The notes beneath the pieces are model-generated. The model saw nothing but the letters and a program-made list of their open reading frames with translations. It was not told the DNA's origin and did no database searches. Source: a virus. Taken from it: DNA of 64,000 nucleotides. Location: positions 89,376-153,375 of IMG/VR virus record IMGVR_UViG_3300049855_000474; one strand, 5' to 3'. The position numbers were made by a program, and so were the translations under genes. Within the stretch, counting starts at the first letter, position 1. The number at the start of each line of letters is the position of its first letter. Below are positions 63,777-64,000 of the stretch, piece by piece.

Positions 63777-63907
63777 AGATCGGCAATGAGGATCGGCATT
63801 TCTCCTAATCAAAAGCTAGTAACAGCTAGGCTATCACAAGGAAATTAGCTGATTAAATACCGGCAACAGTGTAAATATAGGCAAGTAAAAGAAAGTGAGT
63901 TTACTAA

Positions 63908-64000
63908 ATGGCTACTAAAATCATCCCTACTACCAATCGAATCATGGTCAAGCCTGGCTTGTGTGAGACCCGTACGGAAGGTGGGATCTACATCCCACCT
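63908..64000 (+). CDS. groES: GroES-like co-chaperonin (5' part, truncated by window end)
   Basis: MATKIIPTTNRIMVKP...TRTEGGIYIP matches the GroES N-terminus and mobile loop. Confidence 0.8.
   Translation, partial: MATKIIPTTNRIMVKPGLCETRTEGGIYIPP

Noticed and set aside
1-64000. Stop-codon reassignment (alternative genetic code) to explain the ruvC TAA
   Set aside because: Code 11 gives dense full-length genes ending in TAA, TAG and TGA; the interruption is isolated

Overview
This is a 64-kb segment of a large (probably jumbo) tailed bacteriophage genome using the standard genetic code. The left arm (1-17.5 kb, minus strand) carries a primase, a tubulin/FtsZ-family GTPase and a block of virion fibre and neck genes. 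The right arm (17.6-64 kb, mostly plus strand) carries terminase subunits, a lysin-like gene, a phage sigma factor, SSB, type IA topoisomerase, RecA, SbcCD, ATP-dependent ligase, 5'-3' exonuclease, an intein-containing SF2 helicase, DnaB, sliding clamp, ThyX and the start of GroES. The most striking signal is a roughly 460-nt non-coding RNA (44750-45210) built from two tandem circularly permuted tRNA-like modules, co-transcribed behind an uncharacterised DUF7873-like gene with no Ro60 gene in the window. Also notable are a RuvC gene split by a 9-nt stop-containing insertion right after its catalytic DPG motif, a free-standing ~300-nt structured RNA with group-I-intron-like elements 0.7 kb downstream of it, and a recurrent TGTAAA element 8-11 nt before SD-less start codons. 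All product calls come from recognising motifs by eye; no searches or folding programs were run.
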